Positions 38,286-46,654 of a stretch of DNA of 58,667 nucleotides are shown piece after piece. Where the stretch lies: positions 1-58,667 of IMG/VR virus record IMGVR_UViG_3300025082_000009. One strand, written 5' to 3'. Numbering within the stretch: position 1 is the first letter of the stretch; each line of letters begins with the position of its first letter. Position numbers and translations under genes: made by a program. The notes under the pieces are model-generated. The model was not told where the DNA came from, made no database searches, and saw only the letters and a list, made by a program, of their open reading frames with translations. The DNA comes from a virus (taxonomy: Duplodnaviria; Caudoviricetes).

Positions 38286-38465
38286 ATGGAAAAAGAAATA
38301 GGAACAGTTGTGTGGAAATCATACCTTACTTATCTTTTGCTCGGCATTGTGCGCGAGGTTAAGGTTGAAGACGGTTGGCGTTTGCTTCGGATCGAATGGG
38401 ATCTGCCACATGCCGACTTTGTAGTAGACGATTGGCAACGAGCCAACAATGTGGGGTGCAGATAA
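38286..38465 (+). CDS. KOW/SH3-like 59-aa protein not in ORF track
   Basis: GGAGGA SD; MEKEIGTVVW..LGIVREV..RIEW. Confidence 0.6.
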   Translation: MEKEIGTVVWKSYLTYLLLGIVREVKVEDGWRLLRIEWDLPHADFVVDDWQRANNVGCR

Positions 38466-38677
38466 TGGCTCACCATTATGATAATTATTATCGCGACACG
38501 GTTACAAGCTGGACACCAACCCAACAGAGTCAAATGTCCTCTGTTCAAAAAGCTATCAGCCTGATTGAGAATCTTGAGGATGGCGATGATGCTAAAAATC
38601 AAGAGATTTTAAAGGGACTACGTTCTGTCTTAAAAGACTTGCGCGGAAACCCCACCAACTTCAAAGGAGAATTTTAA
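38465..38677 (+). CDS. Hypothetical protein
   Basis: TAATG coupling at 38465. Confidence 0.55.
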   Translation: MAHHYDNYYRDTVTSWTPTQQSQMSSVQKAISLIENLEDGDDAKNQEILKGLRSVLKDLRGNPTNFKGEF

Positions 38678-38678
38678 T

Positions 38679-39038
38679 ATGAAGATGAAATTATGTGTAC
38701 ACTGCGAGTTTGAGTTTGATCTAGACTCTACAATGAAAAAGAACGTCGGAGGCAAGATTAACGAATGCCCTGAATGTGTCGAAGAACTCGGCACCGAAAC
38801 AGCCGTTAAGTATTTGGGGCTAACATCAGGCGATGGCAAGATGGCTAGTCTGTCCATTGTTGCGTTTGATTCGGTTGAAGATCGAAAAGCCTACGGAAAG
38901 GCTTGGGCTAGCGCCACAGACCCATATACCAGCAATCCACAGAGTATGTCAGAAGTGAGCGGCTCTTTCGGTTCGGTTAAGATTAGGCATATCGCACACA
39001 ACGCGGGCAACCCTAATCACAAGGGACACAACAGTTAA
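38679..39038 (+). CDS. Hypothetical Zn-ribbon protein
   Basis: CVHC...CPEC; AAGGAG SD. Confidence 0.6.
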   Translation: MKMKLCVHCEFEFDLDSTMKKNVGGKINECPECVEELGTETAVKYLGLTSGDGKMASLSIVAFDSVEDRKAYGKAWASATDPYTSNPQSMSEVSGSFGSVKIRHIAHNAGNPNHKGHNS

Positions 39039-39044
39039 TAATGA

Positions 39045-39296
39045 ATGGCAAAGGATTTGCAAGAAGAGGTTGAGTGGCTTGAACATAAAGTTGAAACTTT
39101 AGAAAAACATATTGAGCTACTTGAGCGTGAGAATTTCCATCTAAGAGGTATGATTACTAAAACTATTCATTCCTTGGAAGAATCAAACCGAGAAACAAAA
39201 AAGATTATTTATGGACAAACCCAAGGAAGCGTAAGAAAAAACTCTCACTCATTCACCTCCTATTATTATGCGGAGAGAGAAGACGAAAAAGATTAA
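39045..39296 (+). CDS. Coiled-coil hypothetical protein
   Basis: Heptad LQEEVEWLEHKVETLEKHIELLE. Confidence 0.55.
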   Translation: MAKDLQEEVEWLEHKVETLEKHIELLERENFHLRGMITKTIHSLEESNRETKKIIYGQTQGSVRKNSHSFTSYYYAEREDEKD

Positions 39297-39416
39297 AAAC
39301 TTTCCAGCGCCCCCTTTATAAAAAAGATTAATCGCCCATCGTCGGATCCCCTTCGATTGAATTTTTTTTCTTTTTCGTCCTAAAATTTCCTTTCCCCAGC
39401 CACACAAAGGCACAAA

Positions 39417-39737
39417 ATGACCAAAAAACTTAACAAACTTGTACGATGTGCAGACGGATTTCACATGTCTGTTCAAGCCAACGAAAACGCATACTGTCAG
39501 CCTCGCGCCGCCGCAGGCCCTTACACAAAAGTAGAGGTAGGCTTTCCGAGCATGGAGGAGTCTCTTTTGATTCCCTTCGCAGATGACCCCGAAAAACCCA
39601 CCCAAACAGTCTACGGATGGGTGCCGATGACGACGGTAATAAACGTGATAGCCAAGCATGGCGGCATGATTGCGGGGGATCTCCCACAAGGTTTTCCATA
39701 TTTATATGCGGCTGGATTACAAGACGAACCTATTTAA
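39417..39737 (+). CDS. Hypothetical phage protein
   Basis: CADGFHMSVQA..YCQPR..VEVGFPS..VYGWVP. Confidence 0.65.
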   Translation: MTKKLNKLVRCADGFHMSVQANENAYCQPRAAAGPYTKVEVGFPSMEESLLIPFADDPEKPTQTVYGWVPMTTVINVIAKHGGMIAGDLPQGFPYLYAAGLQDEPI

Positions 39738-39816
39738 TATAGAGTGCTTGAGTGTCCGACTATCTTCAACAATTCGACAGAGATAATACTGGTTTTATCT
39801 AAAAGGAAAAAATGCG

Positions 39817-40095
39817 ATGAAAGGATGGAAGTTTGGTATGATACTTGTCGAAGTGTGTGAAAAAACTGGAGAGGAGATTTGCGAACTGGTAGAACTCTAT
39901 GCCCTCGACAACGAAAATGAATATGGTATGTGGTGTCAAGCGCGCATAATGTCTCCAGATGAATTAGAGCTTGCCCATGCCGACGTTCAACGTGATGGTA
40001 TCAATCGGTGGTTCTATGAGAACGGAACATTTATAAGCGAAGTTGACGAAGAGACGAGAGAGCCACAATGGAATTGGGAACCTAACAATCCATAA
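39817..40095 (+). CDS. Hypothetical protein
   Basis: AAGGA SD. Confidence 0.55.
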   Translation: MKGWKFGMILVEVCEKTGEEICELVELYALDNENEYGMWCQARIMSPDELELAHADVQRDGINRWFYENGTFISEVDEETREPQWNWEPNNP

Positions 40096-40102
40096 CCTTC
40101 TC

Positions 40103-40131
40103 TTGACGTACTATAATTTTTATGATACACT
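40103..40131 (+). promoter_or_regulatory. sigma70-type promoter heading the first cassette chain
   Basis: TTGACG-17 nt-TACACT with TG; ATG 40138 at about +1. Confidence 0.6.
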
Positions 40132-40137
40132 ATGAAT

Positions 40138-40215
40138 ATGAAACAAAATTATTATGAAATTGCAGCTTTGATTCTCGCGGGAATGATTGTGGGCTATTTT
40201 ATTATAGGGGTATAA
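40138..40215 (+). CDS. 25-aa single-TM peptide, probably leaderless
   Basis: MKQNYYEIAALILAGMIVGYFIIGV*. Confidence 0.45.
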   Translation: MKQNYYEIAALILAGMIVGYFIIGV

Positions 40216-40217
40216 CA

Positions 40218-40445
40218 ATGAAAGTCGGTGATTTAGTTATTTATAAAGGTGATGTTCCCTTTTCAAACCCTAAAGGAAAATATACACCAGGAATTGTGAT
40301 TTCCCTCTATTGCCTCCACGATGAAGAAGAGAGAGGCTGGATCGGAAAAACATGTCAGTGCTGCGCTGATGTCTTGTGGGCTGGAGATCCTGTCATGACA
40401 GGACATGTCACCCGATGTTTGGAGGTTCACAATGAAAGTCGGTGA
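40218..40445 (+). CDS. MKVGDLV cassette protein
   Basis: MKVGDLVIY...LEVHNESR. Confidence 0.75.
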   Translation: MKVGDLVIYKGDVPFSNPKGKYTPGIVISLYCLHDEEERGWIGKTCQCCADVLWAGDPVMTGHVTRCLEVHNESR

Positions 40446-40482
40446 TTTAGTTATTTATAAAGGTGACATTTGGAGGTTCACA
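40432..40482 (+). pseudogene. 51-bp internally deleted copy of cassette 40218, in frame with the next cassette
   Basis: First 35 nt match the start of 40218 and last 15 nt match its end. Confidence 0.75.
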
Positions 40483-40689
40483 ATGAAAGTCGGTGATTTG
40501 GTAGAATATCGCAATGATGATATGCGCCCTCATGGGTGCAAAACGGGAATTATTGTTGCAGAAGAGGCATGCACCCCTCCGTTGTACACGGTTAGCTGGT
40601 GGCTGCAAGGTGGAGAAGTATACACGTGTTCGGAATGGCCGCACGATTTAACAATTATTAGCAAAGGAGATAACAATGCAAATCGGTGA
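40483..40689 (+). CDS. MKVGDLV cassette protein
   Basis: MKVGDLVEY...NANR. Confidence 0.75.
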   Translation: MKVGDLVEYRNDDMRPHGCKTGIIVAEEACTPPLYTVSWWLQGGEVYTCSEWPHDLTIISKGDNNANR

Positions 40690-40897
40690 TTTGGTAAAAA
40701 TAAAGTCCCCCTATGAACATGCTGGTCGTCAGGGTGTTGTAATTAATAAAATAAAAGGTTCCAGAGCATTTATAAAAAATAATGATTTTGATTTCTTTTT
40801 CTCCGTTAGGTTTACCGATACAGGTGAAATTATTAATTTAACCTCTTCGGCGGCTATCGTCGTCAGCGAAGCAGGGGCAAAAAAACAAAATGATTGA
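40676..40897 (+). CDS. MQIGDLV cassette protein (KOW-like)
   Basis: MQIGDLVKIKSPYEHAGRQGVV. Confidence 0.75.
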   Translation: MQIGDLVKIKSPYEHAGRQGVVINKIKGSRAFIKNNDFDFFFSVRFTDTGEIINLTSSAAIVVSEAGAKKQND

Positions 40898-41108
40898 ATT
40901 TATTTATTTATTAATTGGATCTTTTATCTTTTATAGTATTTTTGCATTGGCAGTGGAGATTCTCCACGACATCAGAAATAAAAAGTATGAACTGGCAGAC
41001 GCTAGAAACACCGAAGAGAGGCAAATCGCTGGTGAAGAAACAAGTGAAGTCGCTTTAGATTATTTACAGATAGCAAAAAGATCAGGAGGAACACGTGAAG
41101 CTCGTTAG
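40890..41108 (+). CDS. Single-TM hypothetical protein
   Basis: Hydrophobic N-terminus; ends EAR* over next start. Confidence 0.55.
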   Translation: MIEFIYLLIGSFIFYSIFALAVEILHDIRNKKYELADARNTEERQIAGEETSEVALDYLQIAKRSGGTREAR

Positions 41109-41430
41109 AGATAAGATTCCTAATATCATTAAAGAGTCAGGCCGAAAACCTGATTATTATAGTGCCCCTGCTCCCGAACGTATTCAACGTCTATTTGATA
41201 AAATGCGAGAGGAATTGGATGAATTTATCGAAAACCCTTGTCTTGAGGAGGCGGCAGATATTTATGAGGTGTTTCTGACCCTCTGTGCTGCCCATGAACT
41301 GTCCTTTAGGGAAGTGTTGGTAGTTGCTAGCGCAAAACGCGAAGAGCGCGGCGGATTCGACAATGGCGTCGTCTTGCGTGATCGCGCCGATAATGATGAA
41401 GAGTGGCGCAATTATTGTGCATGGGGGTGA
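41095..41430 (+). CDS. MazG-like / PRA-PH all-alpha NTP pyrophosphohydrolase
   Basis: KLVRDKIP, EELDEF, EEAADIYEV, KREERGGF. Confidence 0.8.
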   Translation: MKLVRDKIPNIIKESGRKPDYYSAPAPERIQRLFDKMREELDEFIENPCLEEAADIYEVFLTLCAAHELSFREVLVVASAKREERGGFDNGVVLRDRADNDEEWRNYCAWG

Positions 41431-41433
41431 GTT

Positions 41434-41670
41434 GTGCTTGAACTATTTTTGGGATGTGTGTTATTTTCGATAGGATTTGTAGCTGGTGCGTGGTATAAAT
41501 CTATGATTTATGACAGTCAACCGTGGGAAGTCTTTCGCTGGGATTCTGTCGCGATGGGTTACCGTCCTATTCCAATGGGCAGTCTATTACATCGCGGCGA
41601 GAACGTATTGATGGGGTTGCGCCTGAACTCTGAAGCCTTTCCTTCCGAGGGGATTCCACTTGAGAAGTGA
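41434..41670 (+). CDS. Single-TM hypothetical protein
   Basis: Hydrophobic N-terminus. Confidence 0.55.
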   Translation: MLELFLGCVLFSIGFVAGAWYKSMIYDSQPWEVFRWDSVAMGYRPIPMGSLLHRGENVLMGLRLNSEAFPSEGIPLEK

Positions 41671-41681
41671 CTAAATTTCTC

Positions 41682-41737
41682 TTGACATTCACTTGACAAC
41701 TTTCCTATAGACAACCCCGATTAATCTGTGGTATAAT
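41682..41737 (+). promoter_or_regulatory. 56-bp module promoter, copy 1
   Basis: TTGACA-5-TTGACA-9-TAGACA-18-TATAAT, with TGTGG before -10. Confidence 0.9.
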
Positions 41738-41768
41738 GTAGGCATAAATCAAGAAGGAGTGAGAAGAA

Positions 41769-42386
41769 ATGCCAAACTGGTGCGATAACACATTAAACAT
41801 TACAGGAACCTCGGAGAGTATCAAACAGATCGTCCAAGCCCTGCGCGCAAATAACTTCAACTGGAATGAGACATTTATTCCATACGTAGATAGGAGTAGC
41901 TGGGGAACCAAATGGGAAGTGGACAACGGAACTCTTGAAGCCCTGATAGAACAGGACTATACCGAGGGAGATGACTTTTTAAATGTTTGGTTTGATACTG
42001 CTTGGGGCCCGAATCTCCCTGTGAGCGAAGCCATAGCTAGTAAGCATGGTGTGGAGATCACACATAAATACGAAGAGGGCGGAAACGCAATAATGGGGAT
42101 AGCTCACATCGACAGTTCTGGTGATTGCTATGATGAAGAGTTTGATACTTCCGACATCAGGCAAGTTGTAGCGTTCCACGACGGCATGATCCCAGACCAG
42201 TATTTGGCACTCACGAAGCCTGACGGAACGAAGATTGTAACGGGCGATCTCCTTTACCGCGATGATGCTCCTTTTGGAGTCTTGGTAAGCGAGGAGTCGC
42301 TTCTGCCTGTCGGCATGCAAGTGCCTATCACGGTGGGAGAGATTGATGGAGTTATTTATTTTGATGAATACGAGTGTGGGTTATAA
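41769..42386 (+). CDS. DUF1281/YubB-like protein
   Basis: MPNWCDNTL, WGTKW, FDTAWGP. Confidence 0.65.
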   Translation: MPNWCDNTLNITGTSESIKQIVQALRANNFNWNETFIPYVDRSSWGTKWEVDNGTLEALIEQDYTEGDDFLNVWFDTAWGPNLPVSEAIASKHGVEITHKYEEGGNAIMGIAHIDSSGDCYDEEFDTSDIRQVVAFHDGMIPDQYLALTKPDGTKIVTGDLLYRDDAPFGVLVSEESLLPVGMQVPITVGEIDGVIYFDEYECGL

Positions 42387-42568
42387 TGAAAGTCGGTGAT
42401 TTGGTAAGGGTAAGTTTCCCAACAGGATACGAGAAGCCTGTGCTGGCCGTCTATCTTCGCGATGACATCGTTATTTATGGCGTTGCTACTCGCGCCCTGA
42501 TCCTGTGGAAAGGACAGATTTATTCAACTCCCCTCGATCAAATGGAGATAATCAATGAAAGTCGGTGA
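42386..42568 (+). CDS. MKVGDLV cassette protein
   Basis: TAATG start; ends MEIINESR. Confidence 0.75.
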   Translation: MKVGDLVRVSFPTGYEKPVLAVYLRDDIVIYGVATRALILWKGQIYSTPLDQMEIINESR

Positions 42569-42722
42569 TTTGGTAAAGTTTCGATTCTGTGTGCAGGGAA
42601 TGGAGCGCATGGTTGGGCTCGTTGTGGGACTTAATGGCTCACAGCCCATCATTCAGTGGAGCAATGGCATTACTGTCGCAGAACCCGCCCAACTAATCGA
42701 GGTGATAAATGAAAGTCGGTGA
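42555..42722 (+). CDS. MKVGDLV cassette protein (55 aa, not in track)
   Basis: MKVGDLVKFRFC...IEVINESR. Confidence 0.75.
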   Translation: MKVGDLVKFRFCVQGMERMVGLVVGLNGSQPIIQWSNGITVAEPAQLIEVINESR

Positions 42723-42894
42723 CCTCATAAGAGAGAAAACCCATCCCACAGATGCCTGTGGCATCATTGTGGAAGTCGGAGACTTGAGAAAAAAGAAGCC
42801 TTACAAGGTTTTTTGTCCTGTTTGGGGTAAAGTTTTGGCTTTTGAAAAGAAGTATATTCAGCAAGAGTGCGAGGTTATCAATGAAAGTCGGTGA
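42709..42894 (+). CDS. MKVGDL cassette protein
   Basis: Ends CEVINESR. Confidence 0.75.
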   Translation: MKVGDLIREKTHPTDACGIIVEVGDLRKKKPYKVFCPVWGKVLAFEKKYIQQECEVINESR

Positions 42895-43069
42895 TTTGGT
42901 TAAGTTTAAAACTACACACTCGCCTAAGCCTTGGACGGAGAAAGTGTTTCTTGTATCAGAGTGCAACACTAACCATATTAAGTTAGTAGGCGCAAACAAC
43001 TATGGCCCAAGCGATGCCCCCTCGTGGCTCTACCGCGAGAACTGGGAGGTTGTCAGTGAAAGTCGGTGA
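42881..43069 (+). CDS. MKVGDLV cassette protein
   Basis: Ends WEVVSESR. Confidence 0.75.
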   Translation: MKVGDLVKFKTTHSPKPWTEKVFLVSECNTNHIKLVGANNYGPSDAPSWLYRENWEVVSESR

Positions 43070-43214
43070 TTTGGTTAAATGTGTTTCTGCTGACGGTGTT
43101 ATCGGCTTGGTGGTTCGTATTAAGAACAACGCACACGGTACACCCATTTATGAGGTTTTAATCGGCTCAAACTGTTACCCCTTCCGCTCTGCTATGCTGT
43201 GGAAGGTGGTGTAA
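43056..43214 (+). CDS. MKVGDLV cassette protein
   Basis: GTG start; TAA just before in-frame SESR. Confidence 0.7.
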   Translation: MKVGDLVKCVSADGVIGLVVRIKNNAHGTPIYEVLIGSNCYPFRSAMLWKVV

Positions 43215-43215
43215 A

Positions 43216-43440
43216 GTGAAAGTCGGTGATTTAGTAACAAGAAAGCTCGGCGGTTCAACAATCTGGAAAAGGAACGCTGCATGGCAGCAACGACAGAAAC
43301 TCGGCACTGGAATAATCTTATCAAAACAGATGAGCGGAAAGCCCGAACATTCCTGTCTCACGGTTTATTACGCAAAAACAGGAGAGCAGTGGGACATCGC
43401 CGAGTCTCTTATGGAGGCTGTCAATAGTGAAAATCGGTGA
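43216..43440 (+). CDS. MKVGDLV cassette protein, paralog of 45181
   Basis: LGTGIILSKQMSGKP shared. Confidence 0.8.
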   Translation: MKVGDLVTRKLGGSTIWKRNAAWQQRQKLGTGIILSKQMSGKPEHSCLTVYYAKTGEQWDIAESLMEAVNSENR

Positions 43441-43600
43441 TTTAGTAAGATGGGAAAGTGTAGACAATGACGGCACAGAAGTTATCTGGGCCGAGCTTGG
43501 ATTGGTAGTCGAAATAGGACTTGCAACCGCGCTTGTTTTGTTTTCAGACAACGAAAAGGTGTGGTTAAGAATAGATGATTTGGAGATAATGAATGGCTAA
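43427..43600 (+). CDS. MKIGDLV cassette protein (57 aa, not in track)
   Basis: KIGDLVRW..LGLVVE..DLEIMNG*. Confidence 0.7.
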   Translation: MKIGDLVRWESVDNDGTEVIWAELGLVVEIGLATALVLFSDNEKVWLRIDDLEIMNG

Positions 43601-43883
43601 TAAAATACAACCAATAACCGAGCTTCACCCCGATGCTCTCCTTTTAGAACCCCGCGAATACTTTGATAAGGCGTTGGTGGGCGTTATCGCGTTCCCTGAA
43701 GACGATTGGCCGCGGGTTGAACCCATGAACGTCGCCGCTTACGATGTATATTTATGCATTGAAGCCATCGAAGAATGGATCGGCTGTACAGAGGAAGACG
43801 CAACAGAATGGTTCCACTATAATACGGCTGGAGCATGGGCTGGTGAAGGCACTCCGACATTTGTAACGGACGATGAAGAATGA
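43593..43883 (+). CDS. Acidic hypothetical phage protein
   Basis: EWFHYNTAGAWAGEGTP. Confidence 0.65.
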   Translation: MANKIQPITELHPDALLLEPREYFDKALVGVIAFPEDDWPRVEPMNVAAYDVYLCIEAIEEWIGCTEEDATEWFHYNTAGAWAGEGTPTFVTDDEE

Positions 43884-44062
43884 AAGTCGGCGATTTGGTT
43901 AAATGGCAGGGAGCAACTGCCACTGTTATCAGAGTTTATCGCCGTCGTGAGTTGTCAGGCAACCCAGACGGCGATTTTGACATCATATTGAGCTATGACG
44001 TCTTGTGTGGTGGCAAGATTATCCGCACCAGACGCAGACTTCCAGTTATTAGCTCCTCTTGA
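43880..44062 (+). CDS. MKVGDLV cassette protein, module-terminal, paralog of 48037
   Basis: Stop TGA lies in first TTGACA of next promoter. Confidence 0.75.
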   Translation: MKVGDLVKWQGATATVIRVYRRRELSGNPDGDFDIILSYDVLCGGKIIRTRRRLPVISSS

Positions 44063-44114
44063 CATTCACTTGACAACTTTCCTATAGACAGCCCCCATGA
44101 TCCTATGGTATAAT
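44059..44114 (+). promoter_or_regulatory. 56-bp module promoter, copy 2
   Basis: Same spacing as copy 1. Confidence 0.9.
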
Positions 44115-44145
44115 GTGGTCACATTCAAACAAGGGAGAGTAAATT

Positions 44146-44520
44146 ATGGGATACCGTTCAGAAGTAGTTTTAGTCGTTGGCAGGGAGGTCATGCCACAGT
44201 TTATGGCTACGATGTGCTCCTCGCAACAGGCGCGCGCCATGTGCTTCGACGAAGCCACGCGCGTAAAAGATTACGAGGGCGAAGAAGGCGCTATTCTCTT
44301 CCGTTGGGATAGCATTAAATGGTACGACTCCTTCGAGGAAGTCGAGGCCATTGAGGACTTTATGGATTGGTGCGAGTGCGAAGAACTTGAGCTTGATGAC
44401 GAAATGCATTCAGCTATGGATTTCTTCCGTTTTGTTCGCATCGGCGAAGATACGGACGATGTAGTTGAGCGCGGACACGGCTTTTGGAGCGTTGGCGTAC
44501 GAAGGGCGATCTCATGGTAA
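44146..44520 (+). CDS. Acidic hypothetical phage protein
   Basis: MGYRSEV, IKWY, FVRIGED; GGGAG SD. Confidence 0.7.
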   Translation: MGYRSEVVLVVGREVMPQFMATMCSSQQARAMCFDEATRVKDYEGEEGAILFRWDSIKWYDSFEEVEAIEDFMDWCECEELELDDEMHSAMDFFRFVRIGEDTDDVVERGHGFWSVGVRRAISW

Positions 44521-44690
44521 TGAAAGTCGGTGATTTGGTAAACAACCTTAACTCGGAGTGTGGACTGTTGGGGGTTATTGTGGGTTGGCATGTCTCCACC
44601 CATGGGCGCTTCCCTCTTATACACTGGAATGACGGGCGCACAAGTTGGATCATCGCGCATCGCGTGGAGGTGATTAGTGAGAGTAGGTGA
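44520..44690 (+). CDS. MKVGDLV cassette protein
   Basis: TAATG start; ends VEVISESR. Confidence 0.75.
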   Translation: MKVGDLVNNLNSECGLLGVIVGWHVSTHGRFPLIHWNDGRTSWIIAHRVEVISESR

Positions 44691-44862
44691 TTTAGTAAAA
44701 GTCAAGGTGAAATACAACCGCGCCAAGATTGGCTTGGTAGTGGAAGTGGCGACTTACAACGGCAGCGGTGCCGTCTACGGATACATGGTCAAGCCTGTTG
44801 ATGGAAGTCGTCCCATTATTGCAGAACCTCAAGATATGGAGGTGATCAATGAGAGTAGGTGA
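44677..44862 (+). CDS. MRVGDLV cassette protein, tandem duplicate A
   Basis: Near-identical to 44849. Confidence 0.8.
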   Translation: MRVGDLVKVKVKYNRAKIGLVVEVATYNGSGAVYGYMVKPVDGSRPIIAEPQDMEVINESR

Positions 44863-45031
44863 TTTAGTAAAAGTCAAGGCGAAATACAATCGCGTCAAGA
44901 TTGGCTTGGTGGTAGAAGTGGCGACTTACTACGGCGTTGCCGCCTACGGATACACGGTCAAACCTGTTGACGGAACTCGCCCCATTTTCGCGGAACCTCA
45001 AGACATAGAGATAGTAAATGCAAGTCGGTGA
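44849..45031 (+). CDS. MRVGDLV cassette protein, tandem duplicate B
   Basis: Near-identical to 44677. Confidence 0.8.
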   Translation: MRVGDLVKVKAKYNRVKIGLVVEVATYYGVAAYGYTVKPVDGTRPIFAEPQDIEIVNASR

Positions 45032-45194
45032 TTTGGTAAAGACAACATGTTTTGGCCCGAAGGGGGAAGTCGGCGAAGTTGGCATGATTATTCGTCGATA
45101 CCCTCGCATGATAAAGTGCTGGGAAGTTCTCTTCGGCAGCGTGATTCGTGTCATCGGTCAAGACGGACTGGAGGTGATTAGTGAAAGTCGGTGA
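45018..45194 (+). CDS. MQVGDLV cassette protein (58 aa, not in track)
   Basis: MQVGDLVKTTC...LEVISESR. Confidence 0.75.
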   Translation: MQVGDLVKTTCFGPKGEVGEVGMIIRRYPRMIKCWEVLFGSVIRVIGQDGLEVISESR

Positions 45195-45402
45195 TTTAGT
45201 AATAAGAAAACGCGGTGGTGATTGGATCTGGCAGAGGCAAGCAGCGTATGAGCAGCGAAAGGAACTCGGCACTGGCATAATCTTATCAAAACAAATGAGC
45301 GGAAAGCCCGCACATCCATGCCTCACAGTTTATTACGCAAAGGCAGGAAGAACTTGGGACATAGCGGAGTCTTACATGGAGGTTGTCAGTGAAAGTCGGT
45401 GA
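45181..45402 (+). CDS. MKVGDLV cassette protein, paralog of 43216
   Basis: Ends MEVVSESR. Confidence 0.8.
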   Translation: MKVGDLVIRKRGGDWIWQRQAAYEQRKELGTGIILSKQMSGKPAHPCLTVYYAKAGRTWDIAESYMEVVSESR

Positions 45403-45577
45403 TTTGGTTCAAAGAGGAAATGTTGTCGGACTGGTTGCGGAAGTCATGATTGCCAATGAAATCCAATGGATTAAGATTATCGCCAACAATGGAAAATACG
45501 TTGGCGGCAATAATAGGTATTTTTCTCAAATAGGCTGGAAGGTAATAAACCCAGCCACAACAAAGGTAGAGCAATGA
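45389..45577 (+). CDS. MKVGDLV cassette protein
   Basis: GTG start in junction. Confidence 0.7.
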   Translation: MKVGDLVQRGNVVGLVAEVMIANEIQWIKIIANNGKYVGGNNRYFSQIGWKVINPATTKVEQ

Positions 45578-45909
45578 GAGTTTGGGTTATGAGCGGGATT
45601 CACGAGGGTGACATGTGGGCATCCACCCACTTAACAGAGAAGGGCGCTGTACTGGCGGCCATTGCCGATGTGCTGGAGTATTTGAACGTGAGCGATGCGG
45701 AGGGTGCCCTAGACGCTATGAACCACTACGGGCGCTATAGCAACGAGGCAAATGGTGATCACACGGAGGCTACGCCATGGGATCCCAGCGAGCTAAGGAA
45801 GCTGAAATCGCCCGCTTTGTGGGAAATCTTTGCACAATGGTCAGAGCTTACGTGGGACAACTGCGTAGGCTATAGCGTCGAGGTCATGAAAACGACGATT
45901 GAAGCGTGA
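45574..45909 (+). CDS. Hypothetical protein
   Basis: ATGA overlap. Confidence 0.6.
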   Translation: MRVWVMSGIHEGDMWASTHLTEKGAVLAAIADVLEYLNVSDAEGALDAMNHYGRYSNEANGDHTEATPWDPSELRKLKSPALWEIFAQWSELTWDNCVGYSVEVMKTTIEA

Positions 45910-45919
45910 TAATCGTCCC

Positions 45920-45975
45920 TTGACACTCTCTTTACAACTTAACTATAGACAACCCCGATTAAACTGTGGTATAAT
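45920..45975 (+). promoter_or_regulatory. 56-bp module promoter, copy 3
   Basis: TTGACA-5-TTTACA-9-TAGACA-18-TATAAT. Confidence 0.9.
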
Positions 45976-46004
45976 GTTGGCACATTCGGAACAGGAGTAA
46001 TAGA

Positions 46005-46508
46005 ATGAAAGTACGCAACGCCCTCAAGAAAGTCAAGTCCCATTTCAAAAAACAGGGTATTGACATCGTTATCAATCATCCAGAACAACGCGGCTCTTAC
46101 AAGTGGTCATTCGAGCATGATGGCTATGTCGGCTCGTTCTCTGTGAACGGCATGCATGGCACTGACCCTGACGCCCTCGATGGCGATGCTACCCTGTTTC
46201 ACGTTCGCCGCGAGAACGACCACAGCGATCTGTACACAGACTACCACGCTGGCTCATTCCGCGATAACATCACACAGGTATGCGAGAGCCTTCTGGCCTC
46301 GCCTCCAAAGTATCCCGTTGGCACACTGGTGCGAGGCAGACAGAACAAGCGCGCCAAGCGTTTTAGCTTCAACGGCAAGGTGGGGCTCGTGATGTCTACG
46401 TCTGATGGCTATTGTGAAGTTCAATGGGTCGGCGAGACACCTAAAGTCAACGCCTACTATTATCAGGTACAACGGTACTCTTTCCGTGACCTTGAGGTGG
46501 CATCATGA
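46005..46508 (+). CDS. Hypothetical protein with C-terminal KOW/SH3-like domain
   Basis: KYPVGTLV..GKVGLV..EVQW..DLEVAS; AGGAG SD. Confidence 0.7.
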   Translation: MKVRNALKKVKSHFKKQGIDIVINHPEQRGSYKWSFEHDGYVGSFSVNGMHGTDPDALDGDATLFHVRRENDHSDLYTDYHAGSFRDNITQVCESLLASPPKYPVGTLVRGRQNKRAKRFSFNGKVGLVMSTSDGYCEVQWVGETPKVNAYYYQVQRYSFRDLEVAS

Positions 46509-46654
46509 GAGTCGGTGATTTGGTTAAAGTCAGGTATGATGGAACCGTGGCGCTTGTCGTCCGCGTCATTGATGGCTCGCATCCGTGGATATATCTCCAC
46601 ACTGGCGAGTCTTTCAGGAGCGATAAGCTGGAGGTGATCAATGCAAGTCGGTGA
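46505..46654 (+). CDS. MRVGDLV cassette protein (49 aa, not in track)
   Basis: MRVGDLVKVRY...LEVINASR. Confidence 0.7.
   Translation: MRVGDLVKVRYDGTVALVVRVIDGSHPWIYLHTGESFRSDKLEVINASR

Noticed and set aside
44097-44312. ORFs starting ...MWYN (44097, 49432, 49736, 52905)
   Set aside because: Artefacts of translating the TGGTATAAT promoter box; the real genes start downstream behind SD sequences.
43216-45402. Diversity-generating retroelement TR/VR pairs
   Set aside because: Differences between duplicate cassettes include C/T and G/A changes in both directions rather than adenine-specific ones, and no reverse transcriptase is seen.
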